DNA of 64,000 bases from Eledone cirrhosa (Eukaryota). Below are positions 24,123 through 35,916 of this stretch, piece by piece. The notes below the pieces were generated by a model. That model did not search any database, was not told the DNA's origin, and saw only the letters and a program-made list of their open reading frames with translations. The position numbers were made by a program, and so were the translations under genes. Position 1 is the stretch's first letter; every line of letters begins with the position of its first letter. The DNA is taken from positions 1-64,000 of the forward strand of contig CAXHJY010000992.1 of the NCBI GenBank assembly GCA_964016885.1. Reading direction: 5' to 3'.

Positions 24123-24883
24123 TCTATATACATAAATGGTAATTTCTGTCTGTTTGTTTGTGAACCTAAAACTCAAAAACTACCATTTCTTACCTATATT
24201 TCATTTTAATCAAAGGGTTCTCCAGGTGCTCAAACACCCGCTGAAAATTTTTCCCCTTCGATTTATATGAAATTTAAACCATAGGTAAATGATAAGATAT
24301 GATGCCTATTCACAACATTTCAGCAAATTTCAATAATATTAAGACACCTTAATGGGAGTTAAACCCCCTATAGTGACAATTTTGGCCAATAAATGGAACA
24401 AGATTTCACAAACTCCTCCTATGGTTTTGGAGATAGACCCCCATAACCATATATATTCTGAAACTACATTGCCCAGGGTACTTGGATAAATATATTTCAT
24501 TTTAATCAAAGGGTTTCCCGGGGGCACAAAACCCCCGCTGAAAATCTTTCCCTTCGATTTATATGAAATTTAAACCATAGGTAAATGACAAGATATGATG
24601 TCTGTTCACAAAATTTCAGCAAATTTCAATAATATTAAGACACCCTAATGGGGGTTCTGTTATTTTCCTTATAGCAACACTCAACTTCTCTGACAAACAT
24701 ATTTTCACCTGACTAATGTAATCAACAATATTTGTTTGTATTATTGTTTCGTAAATGAATTTGTCTTCGCTTTTCATTATCTCTCCTATATTTTGATTTC
24801 ATTTTTGGTCTGAGAGGCATTGGATATTTTAATGGGAACTGGGAATACCCCCGCTCCCGGGTATTACCAGGTACCTCAGCTAA
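24123..24883 (+). mobile_element. Second family of non-autonomous Helitron-like element
   Basis: 5' TCTATATACATAAA..TCTGTCTGTTTGTTTG; internal ~165-bp direct repeat (about 24196-24360 and 24492-24656); GC-rich subterminal hairpin and CTAA end. Inserted in the satellite. Confidence 0.55.
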
Positions 24884-24924
24884 TTATATTAATAATAAAC
24901 CAACTTCATTGTATTAAATTAATA

Positions 24925-25122
24925 AGCGCGGTGGATTGGCAGTATCAGTAGAGGGTCGGACGCCATGCTTTGCAGCAAAAAAAGAGTTGCGGCCCTTTAT
25001 GGTCTGAGTTCAAATGCCGCCAAGGTTAACTTTGCCTTTCTATCCTTACGGGGTCGATAAAATAAAATACCAGTAATACACTGAGATAATTGTTGGCCTT
25101 GTACCAAAAGTAGAAACAATTA
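24925..25122 (+). mobile_element. tRNA-derived SINE
   Basis: A-box-like TGGCAGTATCAG and B-box-like GAGTTCAAATGCC; near reverse complement of 26683-26873. Confidence 0.75.
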
Positions 25123-25274
25123 TATTAAATTAATAAACCAACTTCATTATATTAAATTAATAATAAACCAACTTCATTATATTAAAATAATAAACCAACT
25201 TAATTAAATACAACTTAATTATATTATAAAGTCTGTCTAGAATCGGGTGCTTATCCCGGTTTCCATGGCATTAA

Positions 25275-25495
25275 CCCTTTAATATTTAAACCGGTCATAT
25301 CCGGCCAGAATTCTCTCACCTCTTTCTGTTCAAACCAGCTGTAATCAGCAACTCATACCGATATTAAGGTATTGTTTTCAAAATAAATAATATCAAAACC
25401 TCATAGATTCGAAATTATGTGAGATAATTATGTGAGGTAAAGCCTTTACCGTGAAAATACAATAGTATATATAGAGTAATGTAAATGCTAAAGGG
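25275..25495. mobile_element. piggyBac-like MITE
   Basis: TTAA|CCCTTTA...TAAAGGG|TTAA; oppositely oriented related copy at 31819-32033. Confidence 0.75.
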
Positions 25496-25799
25496 TTAAA
25501 CAACAGAGTATAAGACTTCCCAGGACAGGATGCCAGTCCATCATAACGTTAAACCCACAGCTATTGCTGATACTCCAGTATACTTAACAGAAAATGTGTA
25601 ACATGAAATGAAGTGTTTTGCTCAAGAACACAACCCACTTCAGGAATTATGATTGCAAGTCCAACAACCTTACTACTAGGCTACATGGCTTCACATTATA
25701 TTAAAGCAATTCAATTATATTAATTAAATAATAAACCAACTTAAATTATAATATAATAAACTAACTTAATTATAATAAGTTGGGGAAGGATAAAGTCTA

Positions 25800-25900
25800 T
25801 TATATTGACTCCAGTGCATTATTGGTACTTTATTTTATCGACTTCATAAGGATGAAAGGCAAAGTTAACCTCAGCAGGATTTCAACTGAGAATATAAATG
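25800..25900 (-). mobile_element. SINE fragment
   Basis: GGTACTTTATTTTATCGAC...GATGAAAGGCAAAGTTAACCTC, the same family as 26683-26873. Confidence 0.6.
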
Positions 25901-25904
25901 AGAA

Positions 25905-26350
25905 TCTAAACTATAATAAAGTAAGGAGTGTGGGACTGCGTCCAGAATATATTTTTTATCCTGTTTGTAAAATAAGTTGGATTACTTTGAATAAATAATG
26001 AATGAATATTAACATAATGTATCTACTAAATTTTGTTATTCTTGATTAAATGTAAATAATTTTGTTGCTTATTTTAAGATTCACTTCTTTAAAATTTTTA
26101 AATGTCAACACTTCCGGTTAGCGATCGCTTAAATAAACATTCATATATTTCCGTCACTAATTTTCTAATGCAGTTTATATATAATATCGTCTTTTTTTAA
26201 TGTATCATGGATTACTTTACTGATTACATAAGACAGTGTAACACAGTCTTCACTCAATTTCTGTGTATATTGTCAATTACGATGTTATTTGATGTATCAT
26301 ATCTACATGTATATATACTTGCCTATAATATCAATATACACATTACAGAT
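25905..26350 (+). mobile_element. Helitron-like element, 3'-truncated copy of 20903-21395
   Basis: Co-linear similarity from TCTAAACTATAATAAAG to ATCAATATACAC; lacks the terminal palindrome and CTAG. Confidence 0.7.
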
Positions 26351-26372
26351 TAATAGTAATAAACCAGCTTAC

Positions 26373-26536
26373 TTGTAATATTTTTCAATATTTTTGCTAG
26401 TCACCAGCTTTGGTCCAACTCCATGAATTTTAACAGCCTCTTCCCGTTCTGGGTAGTATGCATATAGTGACCGAAATGCACAACCTGTGTCCCGGAATAA
26501 TATCACAAAGTGCTTTGCATCTGATTTCGCAATTTC
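26373..26536 (-). CDS. CAMSAP: CAMSAP/Patronin exon (CKK domain core)
   Basis: ctacag|EIAKSDAKHFVILFRDTGCAFRSLYAYYPEREEAVKIHGVGPKLVTSKNIEKYYK|gtaagc; 164 nt, phase 0 to 2; HFxILFRD.GC.FR.LY signature. Confidence 0.95.
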
Positions 26537-26682
26537 CTGTAGTAGAAAATATAAATATATTAGTTTATCCCTGAAAATTATTAGTCAGTCGTGTTGGTTG
26601 TAAAGTAAAAACAAAACAAAGATAAGTCACCCTCTTTCAGACGATGGTGTTCATGACGATGATGATGGTGGTGATTAAAAAA

Positions 26683-26873
26683 AATAATTGTTTCTATTTT
26701 TGGCACAAGGCCACCAATTATCCCAGTGCATTACCGGTACTTTATTTTATCGACCCCGTAATGATGAAAGGCAAAGTTAACTTCGGCGGAATTTGAACTC
26801 AGAGTGGGAAGGGCCGTAACTCTTTGCGTCAAAGCATGGCGTCTGACCCTCTACCGATACTGCCAATCCACCA
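26683..26873 (-). mobile_element. tRNA-derived SINE
   Basis: Reverse-complement relative of 24925-25122. Confidence 0.75.
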
Positions 26874-27130
26874 AAAATAATAATGGAATATTTACTTAAT
26901 GACTAAAATTTTTCAATGTTTTTCAATAAGTACGGGAGACAACTCTGTATATTCTGTATTCATTCGTCAAGAATAGCCTCCACTTTGGTTGCCACCGTAA
27001 TCCTAAATAAATCGTCTTTAATCATAGGTTAGTTTAATCAGTACTGACCTCAACTAGCTCAAAAACAATAACAACACAATAGAGTTGACAAATAAATAGA
27101 AGCTGAAGTTGAAAAAAATGAACTGCTGAC

Positions 27131-27249
27131 CTCTAAGACTTTATTTTTCAGATCTAAATTCACACATCCTGCTAAACAACAATGACTTATAGCATTGATT
27201 ATAATGTGGCGGTTTGATTTCGAACTTGGTTTCACAAACAGTTTGGGAC
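27131..27249 (-). CDS. CAMSAP: CAMSAP/Patronin exon (CKK domain start)
   Basis: ttttag|GPKLFVKPSSKSNRHIIINAISHCCLAGCVNLDLKNKVLE|gtcagc; 119 nt, phase 1 to 0; GPKL..KPS.KSN / HCCLAG signature. Confidence 0.95.
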
Positions 27250-27688
27250 CTAAAATAGATTAAAGATACATATGTATATATAAACAAAATATAACGGCAT
27301 TGATCAGATTTTCAACTAACAAATCCTGGCTAAAATATTGTTTTATTTTGATTAAAGATGGGTCCACGTTTTTGTAGGAGAGACAGGATTTTTATTATTT
27401 TCCTTACCGTTTTTAGTTGAAGAATGTAGACAGTGGTCATAACCCCATTTCAGGAGAGGAAAACATCCTCAAACCAGATATTTGGTCCAAATGATTGTAA
27501 CAAAATAGACTCTCCTAACAATAGCCAAAAGCCAGGTGGTAGTATTAAACTAATTCACAGATTAAGACTGGCACTTTGACCACAGCAGTGGACATTAAAG
27601 TGATCTTTGCAATGAAGGACTAGGAACATTGAAAATGAATTCAGGAAGTTTACTGTAACAAACTCATGAGAGGGGACAGTCACATTAC

Positions 27689-27772
27689 CTGTATAGTCAG
27701 AGCCAGCAGTTGAACCTGCATCACTGCTGCTCTCAGTACTCTTTCCACTCTTCCTACCAAACCGGTACAAAT
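27689..27772 (-). CDS. CAMSAP: CAMSAP/Patronin exon (Ser-rich linker before CKK)
   Basis: tttcag|(D)LYRFGRKSGKSTESSSDAGSTAGSDYT(G)|gtaatg; 84 nt, phase 1-1; joins to give the conserved YTGPKL. Confidence 0.9.
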
Positions 27773-27982
27773 CTGAAAATGGTAAAAATATGGCACAGTT
27801 TTGAGAGAGAGAGAATCAATCAAAGACATATTAATTAAGATATCTGAAGGACAACAGAAAATACTACCATCTTAATTTATTTGAGGGTTTGGGGGGGGGG
27901 GGGGGGTCCTGTTTGGGTTTAACTGTCACTGTGATCCAGAGGAAAAGACAGCACTTGCAGGTCATATAGAGTTAAGAATTAT

Positions 27983-28367
27983 GACCAAGGAGACACCAGA
28001 GAGTGCTTGGTAAAGCGATGTAGAGTTAACCAAGGACACCAGAGAGTGCTTGGTAAAGCGATGTAGAGTTAACCAAGGATACTAGAGAGTGCTTGGTAAA
28101 GCGATGTAGAGTTAACCAAGGACACTAGAGAGTGCTTGATAAAGCGATGTAGAGTTAACCAAGGACACCAGAGAGTGCTTGGTAAAGCGATGTAGAGTTA
28201 ACCAAGGACACCAGAGAGTGCTTGGTAAAGCGATGTAGAGTTAACCAAGGACACCAGAGAGTGCTTGGTAAAGCGATGTAGAGTTAACCAAGGACACCAG
28301 AGAGTGCTTGGTAAAGCGATGTAGAGTTAACCAAGGATACTAGAGAGTGCTTGGTAAAGCGATGTAT
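27983..28367. repeat. 43-bp minisatellite, ~9 copies, with internal hairpin
   Basis: Unit GTAGAGTTAACCAAGGACACCAGAGAGTGCTTGGTAAAGCGAT. Confidence 0.95.
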
Positions 28368-31097
28368 GGCTATCAACCTGATATGTCAACCTCATGAGTT
28401 ATTTTGACATATTAAACAATATACCAACAATTGCATTGCCTATACTCACTATAGAAACACTTTGGCAAAGGTTCCTTATTAATAACTTAATTTAAAGACA
28501 GTATAGAGGAGATGGGCTCCACCAGGTTTTAAAATACCCTAGAAATGCTGTATGTCAATACAGCACCCTTACAACTCCTTCAGGAGGTACGGGTCCATGC
28601 AGGCACAATAATATCTCAGAAAATCTCAGATCAAATTAAGAAGAGATATGTAAGATAACCTAGCTTTATTATACACAGCACTACAGTTATAAGACAAGAG
28701 ATGTTCACAGAAAAGTTTCACAGAATGTTGGGGTGGATGTGAGTGTGTGAGAGAGTGCATGCACGTGTGTGTGTGATGATGATTTGCAGCTCTTACACTG
28801 GTTTAACAAGCAACACCTATGTTTGGATACCACATCTGTCTTCATGTTGAAATCCCTTAAAAACCAATGTAAGTAAAAGGGACAACATCTAAGTGGTTGA
28901 ATGAGTGAAGAGCAATGGAATACAATATCATACTTGAAAACTAGAAAGTCAATCAGTGATAGAATGTTGCCTCAAACAGTTTGATCTGACCCATGCTAGC
29001 ATGAAAAAACTGGGTGAAAAAGCAATGATGATGATGAGAAGGAAATCTATAAAAGAAATGACTTGTACAGAACCACACTGCCTTACTTAGCAATATATAT
29101 ATATATGGGGGTTACATGTGTGTGTGTGTGTATATACCATATATGTTAATGTGTATAAGGCAAGTGGGTATGCTACATGTCAGTAGTTACCCAAGTAGAG
29201 GGTAGTCTACTATCAATCATTACAAACTATAACTTCCAATTCATCACTGGAAAGTTACTCTTCCAAATAACATTTAAGTATTGTAATACATCCGACACCC
29301 TTTTATTTTGACCTGTTATTTAATTAGATAATGAACTGTATTGATATTGTATTAATAGTTTTGGATTTTAATTAAACTCTGATGATCCCTATAATTTGTG
29401 CTAACTAATAGCAAATTGTTAAATAAAATAACTTGCTGTTGGTGGCATATTTCTGTGGGAAGAAACAATTGGCAGTGATTGAATGTCTTGAAATTTTAAT
29501 TTTGGTTTATAAGTACATTGTAATTATATATTGGCTTTGTTTGATCCTATCATAGCATTGAGCTAAAATACACCTGTAGTTACTATTATTAATGTGTGTG
29601 CACGCACGCACGCATTTTTAAGATGTTGGCATGTAAACATGTCAGAAAATACGAATTTCCTTGTAAATTGAAAAAATGATATTTACATGTATATGGGGGG
29701 GGTATTGTGTATCTAATAGGGAGACACAGAATGGCACTTATTACTACTACTATGTAACCATAACAGCAACCACTGTGACCATAACAACAATATGTAACTA
29801 AGGAACTGTTAGCACCAAAAGTCACAACAACAACTTTGATCAGAACAAGGTAAAATATCTAAAGGGTTAAATAGATATAAGATAATAATAATAACAATAA
29901 TAATAATAACGTTAATTTGAATGTCAGTATCTTAATAACTAGAAACAATTATATTGTAGACAAGTAGGACAGAGAGATACATGGGGCAGATAAAAAGTTG
30001 ATAGGCTGACCAAGATACTCTCATGGAATGACCAAATAAGGTTTACTTATCAACATAGTCCCTGGAAGGAAACATTGCAGTTATTAATAAAAAGAGTTAA
30101 AATTAATGCATGCAAGACTTCACAGCTCTAGCATCACTCCTTATTGTCAGCCAAATGAACTTTTCAGCTGACCCTCCTATGGGTAGAAAGGGAAATTATG
30201 CCCCACCCCAAACGTCACATCTTAAGACTTTGGTTTCCTTTACTGTAACTGAATATAGTTCAATTATCTTGTATAAGATGACCCAGCTTTGTTATACTAT
30301 ACTACTAATAGTCCACGTTCTACACAGTACTATAGTTACAATAGTACATGTTAGTTTAGTTTATTGTGCAACTGTCTTTAAACATTGTAGCTTTACTTAA
30401 ACAGAAAAACCAACAAGTTTAATTCAAGAAATTTTACAGAAAAACAAAAAATTATAAATATATTATTTGTAGAAAGTTTTAAATAAAGATCATTATTTCT
30501 CTACTTAATTCCTTTCTAACAATGGTAGATAGTAGATGTACATCTAAGTTCATAAAATAAGATCAATTTGAGGGATTTTTGTAGAAGAAATGTCTTGGGA
30601 GACTTTCCCCAGTACCCTACTAACTCAAATGTTTTTAAGATTTTGTCTTTAATAAAAAAAACTTTAAAACCTTCATAATAAATACAAAAGAAGATTATTA
30701 TCTGAACATCAACATTTTTGCCATAACTTCAAGTGAACCGAAGCTTTGTGAGTGAAGTTAGTGAGACATACATAAGTGAAGTTAGTGAGACATACACAAG
30801 TGAGATGACAGATCCCTGGTTTGTCTGGGAGGTCAGTAGCCGTCACTTCAGTATGGACTTGCTAACAGAGAAATGAGATATTAAAACCATGATGATGAGG
30901 ATCAATGAGTATAGCAGACACCAACAGTTCCAACCAAAATGTTGCCACCGTGTGAACTGACAGCTATACAGTTACTGTATGCCATCAATATTGGAAGTAG
31001 CTCATCAGCAGGTTTTGTTAATATACATTGGTGAATAAACAACAATATGTAAACCATAATCTCTAGTTCTCAAGATGCCACTCACACTTCCAAATGT

Positions 31098-31300
31098 TAT
31101 ATCATCATTATCATCGTTTAACGTCTATTTCCCACACTAGCATGAGTTAGACGGGTTATCTCACTTGAGGCAAGTTGGGTCAGGTGACCATGGCTTACTC
31201 ACACAGAACTGTTGCTGGCTTGGTGTCTACAGCTGGATGCCTTTCTTAAAGACCAACCACATTTACAGTGTGGGCTGGGTGCTTTTTGTTGTGACAGCTA
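31098..31300 (-). mobile_element. SINE/LINE 3' fragment with (ATG)n tail
   Basis: ATCATCATTATCATCGTTTAACGTC...CTAGCATGAG; a related tail occurs on the + strand at ~28985-29036. Confidence 0.45.
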
Positions 31301-31818
31301 CACAACCACTTTACAGTTTAAATAATATACTGGGAATAACTATACCTGAGAATTCCATTAATTTGAAAGTAAAACTCACAGAGAAAAATGAAGAGTATCA
31401 TTAATTACTAATTAAGAAAAGAAGAAAAAAAAACTTGTTTAAGTTGTTTGTTGGCAGATTTTTGTATGTTAGTATTGTAGAAACATGCAATCTATTTTAT
31501 TTTACTGTTTAAATCTGTTGAGTTGATATCTATAGGGAGAACTAGTGTCAGACACTGACTACGACCTTCACTAAAATTGGGGACCTTTATGTCTTGTGAT
31601 ACCAAGGATCTACATCTGAGAAATTCCTCCCCAAGGCACTGACCCAGGGTAATGGTTATTATGAAAGACCAGCAGTTACCCAAGGAAAAAGACAAGGGCT
31701 GATACAGTTTGGTACCAGTAACATTGCAGACAAACTTAGAATGCAAAGAGCTGACTAATAATTCCACTAATCCACTGTCCTAGACTGGTACTTTATCAAT
31801 CAACCTTGAAAGGATTAA

Positions 31819-32033
31819 CCCTTTAGCATTTATATTACTCTATACTTACTATTGTATTTTCATGGTACAGGCTTTACCTTATGTAATTATCTCACATATC
31901 AAATCTATGAGATTTTGATATTCATTTCGAGAACAATACCTTAACGTCAGTATGAGTGCTCAGTTACAGCCGGTTTGAGCTGAAAGAGGTGAGAGAATTC
32001 TGGTTGGATACAACCGGTTTAAATGCTAAAGGA
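31819..32033. mobile_element. piggyBac-like MITE inserted in a SINE fragment
   Basis: TTAA|CCCTTTAGCATTTA...TAAATGCTAAAGGA|TTAA; the flanks rejoin into SINE sequence. Confidence 0.72.
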
Positions 32034-32293
32034 TTAAGAGTAAAATTGACTGTGGCAGGATTTAAACTCAGAGTACACAGCCATGAAGCATTTAATTTGC
32101 CCCTCTACCAACTTTGTGTCCACCAGTTGTCTAAACTGGACTGCAGTTATTGGGATGGGTGAGTTTATAAAATACTCAATTCTCATCATTTATATTAATT
32201 AGATATTAAAAGGATAATTCAACAATTCTTTCAAACCAAAGACTAAAGATATATTGAGTCTGTGTGTAAAAGAGAATTCTTTACTATCTTTCC

Positions 32294-34878
32294 TACTACT
32301 ACTACTACTACTACCACTAGCACCACCACTGCTACTATCACCACCACCACCACCATCGTTGCTACTACCATCACTGCTACTATCACCACCACCACCACCA
32401 TCACTGCTACTACCATCACTGCTACTATCACCACCACACCACCATCACTGCTACTACCATCACTGCTACTATCACCACCACACCACCATCACTGCTACTA
32501 CCATCACTGCTACTATCACCACCACCACCACCATCACCGCTACTATCACCACCACCACTGCTACTATCACCCCCACCACCACCACTGCTACTATCACCAC
32601 CACCACCACCACTGCTACTATCACCACCACCACCACCACTGCTACTATCACCCCCACCACCACCACTGCTACTATCACCCCCACCACCATCACTGCTACT
32701 ATCACCACCACCACCACTACTATCACCACCACCACCACCACTGCTACTATCACCACCACCACCACCACTGCTACTATCACCACCACCACCACCACTGCTA
32801 CTATCACCACCACCACCACTGCTACTATCACCACCACCACTGCTACTATCACCACCACCACCACCACTGCTACTATCACCACCACCACCACTGCTACTAT
32901 CACCACCACCACTGCTACTATCACCACCACCACCACCACCACCACTGCTACTATCACCACCACCACCACCACCACCACTGCTACTATCACCACCACCACC
33001 ACCACCACCACTGCTACTATCACCACCACCACCACCACCACCACTGCTACTATCACCACCACCACCACCACCACCACTGCTACTATCACCACCACCACCC
33101 CCACCACCACCACTGCTACTATCACCACCACCACCACTGCTACTATCACCACCACCACCACTGCTACTATCACCACCACCACCACCACCACTGCTACTAT
33201 CACCACCACCACCACCACCACCACTGCTACTATCACCACCACCACCACCACCACTATCACCACCACCACCACCACTGCTACTATCACCACCACCACCACC
33301 ACCACCACTACTACTATCACCCCCCACCCCCACCACCACCACTGCTACTATCACCACCACCACCACTGCTACTATCACCACCACCACCACCACCACTATC
33401 ACCACCACCACCACCACTGCTACTATCACCACCACCACCACTGCTACTATCACCACCACCACCACCACCACCACCACTATCACCACCACCACCACCACTG
33501 CTACTATCACCACCACCACCACCACCACCACTACTACTATCACCCCCCACCCCCACCACCACCACTGCTACTATCACCACCACCACCACCACCACTATCA
33601 CCACCACCACCACCACTGCTACTATCACCACCACCACCACTGCTACTATCACCACCACCACCACCACCACCACTGCTACTATCACCACCACCACCACCAC
33701 CACCACTATCACCACCACCACCACCACTGCTACTATCACCACCACCACCACCACTACTACTATCACCCCCCACCCCCACCACCACCACTGCTACTATCAC
33801 CACCACCACCACTGCTACTATCACCACCACCACCACCACCACTATCACCACCACCACCACCACTGCTACTATCACCACCACCACCACTGCTACTATCACC
33901 ACCACCACCACCACCACTGCTACTATCACCACCACCACCACCACCACTATCACCACCACCACCACCACTGCTACTATCACCACCACCACCACCACCACCA
34001 CCACTATCACCACCACCACCACCACTGCTACTATCACCACCACCACCACCACTGCTACTATCACCACCACCACCACTGCTACTATCACCACCACCACCAC
34101 CACCACTGCTACTATCACCACCACCACCACCACCACCACTGCTACTATCACCACCACCACCACTATCACCACCACCACCACCACCACCACTATCACCACC
34201 ACCACCACCACTGCTACTATCACCACCACCACCACCACCACTATCACCACCACCACTGCTACTATCACCACCACCACCACCACCACCACTATCACCACCA
34301 CCACCACTATCACCACCACCACCACCACCACTGCTACTATCACCACCACCACCACCACCACCACCACTATCACCACCACCACCACCACCACTGCTACTAT
34401 CACCACCACCACCACCACCACTGCTACTATCACCACCACCACCACCACCACCACCACCACCACTGCTACTATCACCACCACCACCACCACCACCACTGCT
34501 ACTATCACCACCACCACCACCACCACCACTGCTACTATCACCACCACCACCACCACCACTATCACCACCACCACCACCACCACCACTATCACCACCACCA
34601 CCACCACTATCACCACCACCACTGCTACTATCACCACCACCACCACCACCACCACCACTGCTACTATCACCACCACCACCACCACCACCACCACTGCTAC
34701 TATCACCACCACCACCACCACCACTGCTACTATCACCACCACCACCACCACCACTGCTACTATCACCACCACCACCACCACCACCACCACCACTGCTACT
34801 ATCACCACCACCACCACCACCACCACCACCACTGCTACTATCACCACCACCACCACCACCACCACTACCACCACTATC
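32294..34878. repeat. (CAC)n-based compound repeat with ACTGCTACTATC spacers
   Basis: Seen directly; yields poly-T/H/P/V/G pseudo-ORFs. Confidence 0.96.
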
Positions 34879-34972
34879 ATGCCAAGAGTCAGTTATCAAA
34901 CATCTACAGAGATGTTATGTTGGAAGCAGTAAAAACTGCTAACATGCAGTCGGATGAACAAAGAATATTTAC

Positions 34973-35044
34973 CTGGGGATGGTGGCCGCCTGCCACTTCC
35001 GTAACGACCAGAGTGATTTTGTTGTGTGAAAAGGCTCATCATCA
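34973..35044 (-). CDS. CAMSAP: CAMSAP/Patronin alternative 72-nt exon B
   Basis: Strong polypyrimidine tract, ctctag|(V)MMSLFTQQNHSGRYGSGRRPPSP|gtaaat; phase 1-1; paralogous to exon A. Confidence 0.8.
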
Positions 35045-35884
35045 CTAGAGGACGAAGAGGAAGAACAATAAAAACAGCCCCTTCCTGACCCTGTCTTACA
35101 GACTGAGCCACTTTAATGTCAGCCTGTCAGGATGTTGACTCAAGATTTACAATGATATTTTGATGGATGGCTTCATGCAAATTATTAGTTTAGATAGGTG
35201 GGGCTAAGAATCTAGTGTTATATACTAACATGTAGAGAGGATAGATTACATTTTGATAAAATATATACACAAATTTATTCTATCTGGAATTCACTAATGC
35301 TTCTGTTTCAAATTTAATGTTGTAAGTTTTGAGAATTAATCTAACTAGTTTGTATCAAACAGGGGACGAGAATGACAAAAGTTTTGAGAAATAACCTAAT
35401 TCGTTTTCATTGTCTCTCAAATCGGGGATGAGGCTTGTTTCTTTTCTTACACAGAAATTATATATATAGATGTTTAATTATTCTTTTAATTTTATTCCAT
35501 ATTATATAGACCAACCCCCACATAACCCTGGTACCAAGGCTGATTTCACAACAGTTTCAAATTGTTGAGAATCCAGATTCAATGTTGATATGGTCTGTCA
35601 AGCTAAATCACCAATTTTGTTGGGGTTTTTTTTCAATTCAGATTAAATAAAATTTTTTAAATCATGTGATTGACCAATTTTGGAGGTTAGAAACTAAATA
35701 AGCAATGTAGATAAAGACACATAGGACAGAGGTTCTTAAGCTTTTCACACTGACAACACATTTCAAAAATAAAGGTTTTCATGAAGCACAGAATTTTTTA
35801 AGCAGCACAAAATTAATGAAATTATTAAACAAATATATCAGATGTCACATGTCTGAATATATACAGATTTGTTAGATCTATTTC

Positions 35885-35916
35885 ACAACTAAATTATGGG
35901 GTAATGACCAAAAGAA
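35885..35916 (+). mobile_element. Left stub of the RTE LINE split by the CR1-like insertion
   Basis: TTATGG(G)GTAATGACCAAAAGAATA = LW/VMTKRI, the peptide expected just before RSQIQAAEMGFLRRV at 38165. Confidence 0.5.

Noticed and set aside
29370-29420. Other CTGATGA occurrences (about 21227, 29379, 36491, 44966, and 31002 on the minus strand) as hammerheads
   Set aside because: No stem II followed by GAAA and no closing stem I.
32254-35048. Mucin-like poly-Thr / poly-His ORFs
   Set aside because: (CAC)n compound repeat open in all frames, with frame switches mid-ORF; intronic.
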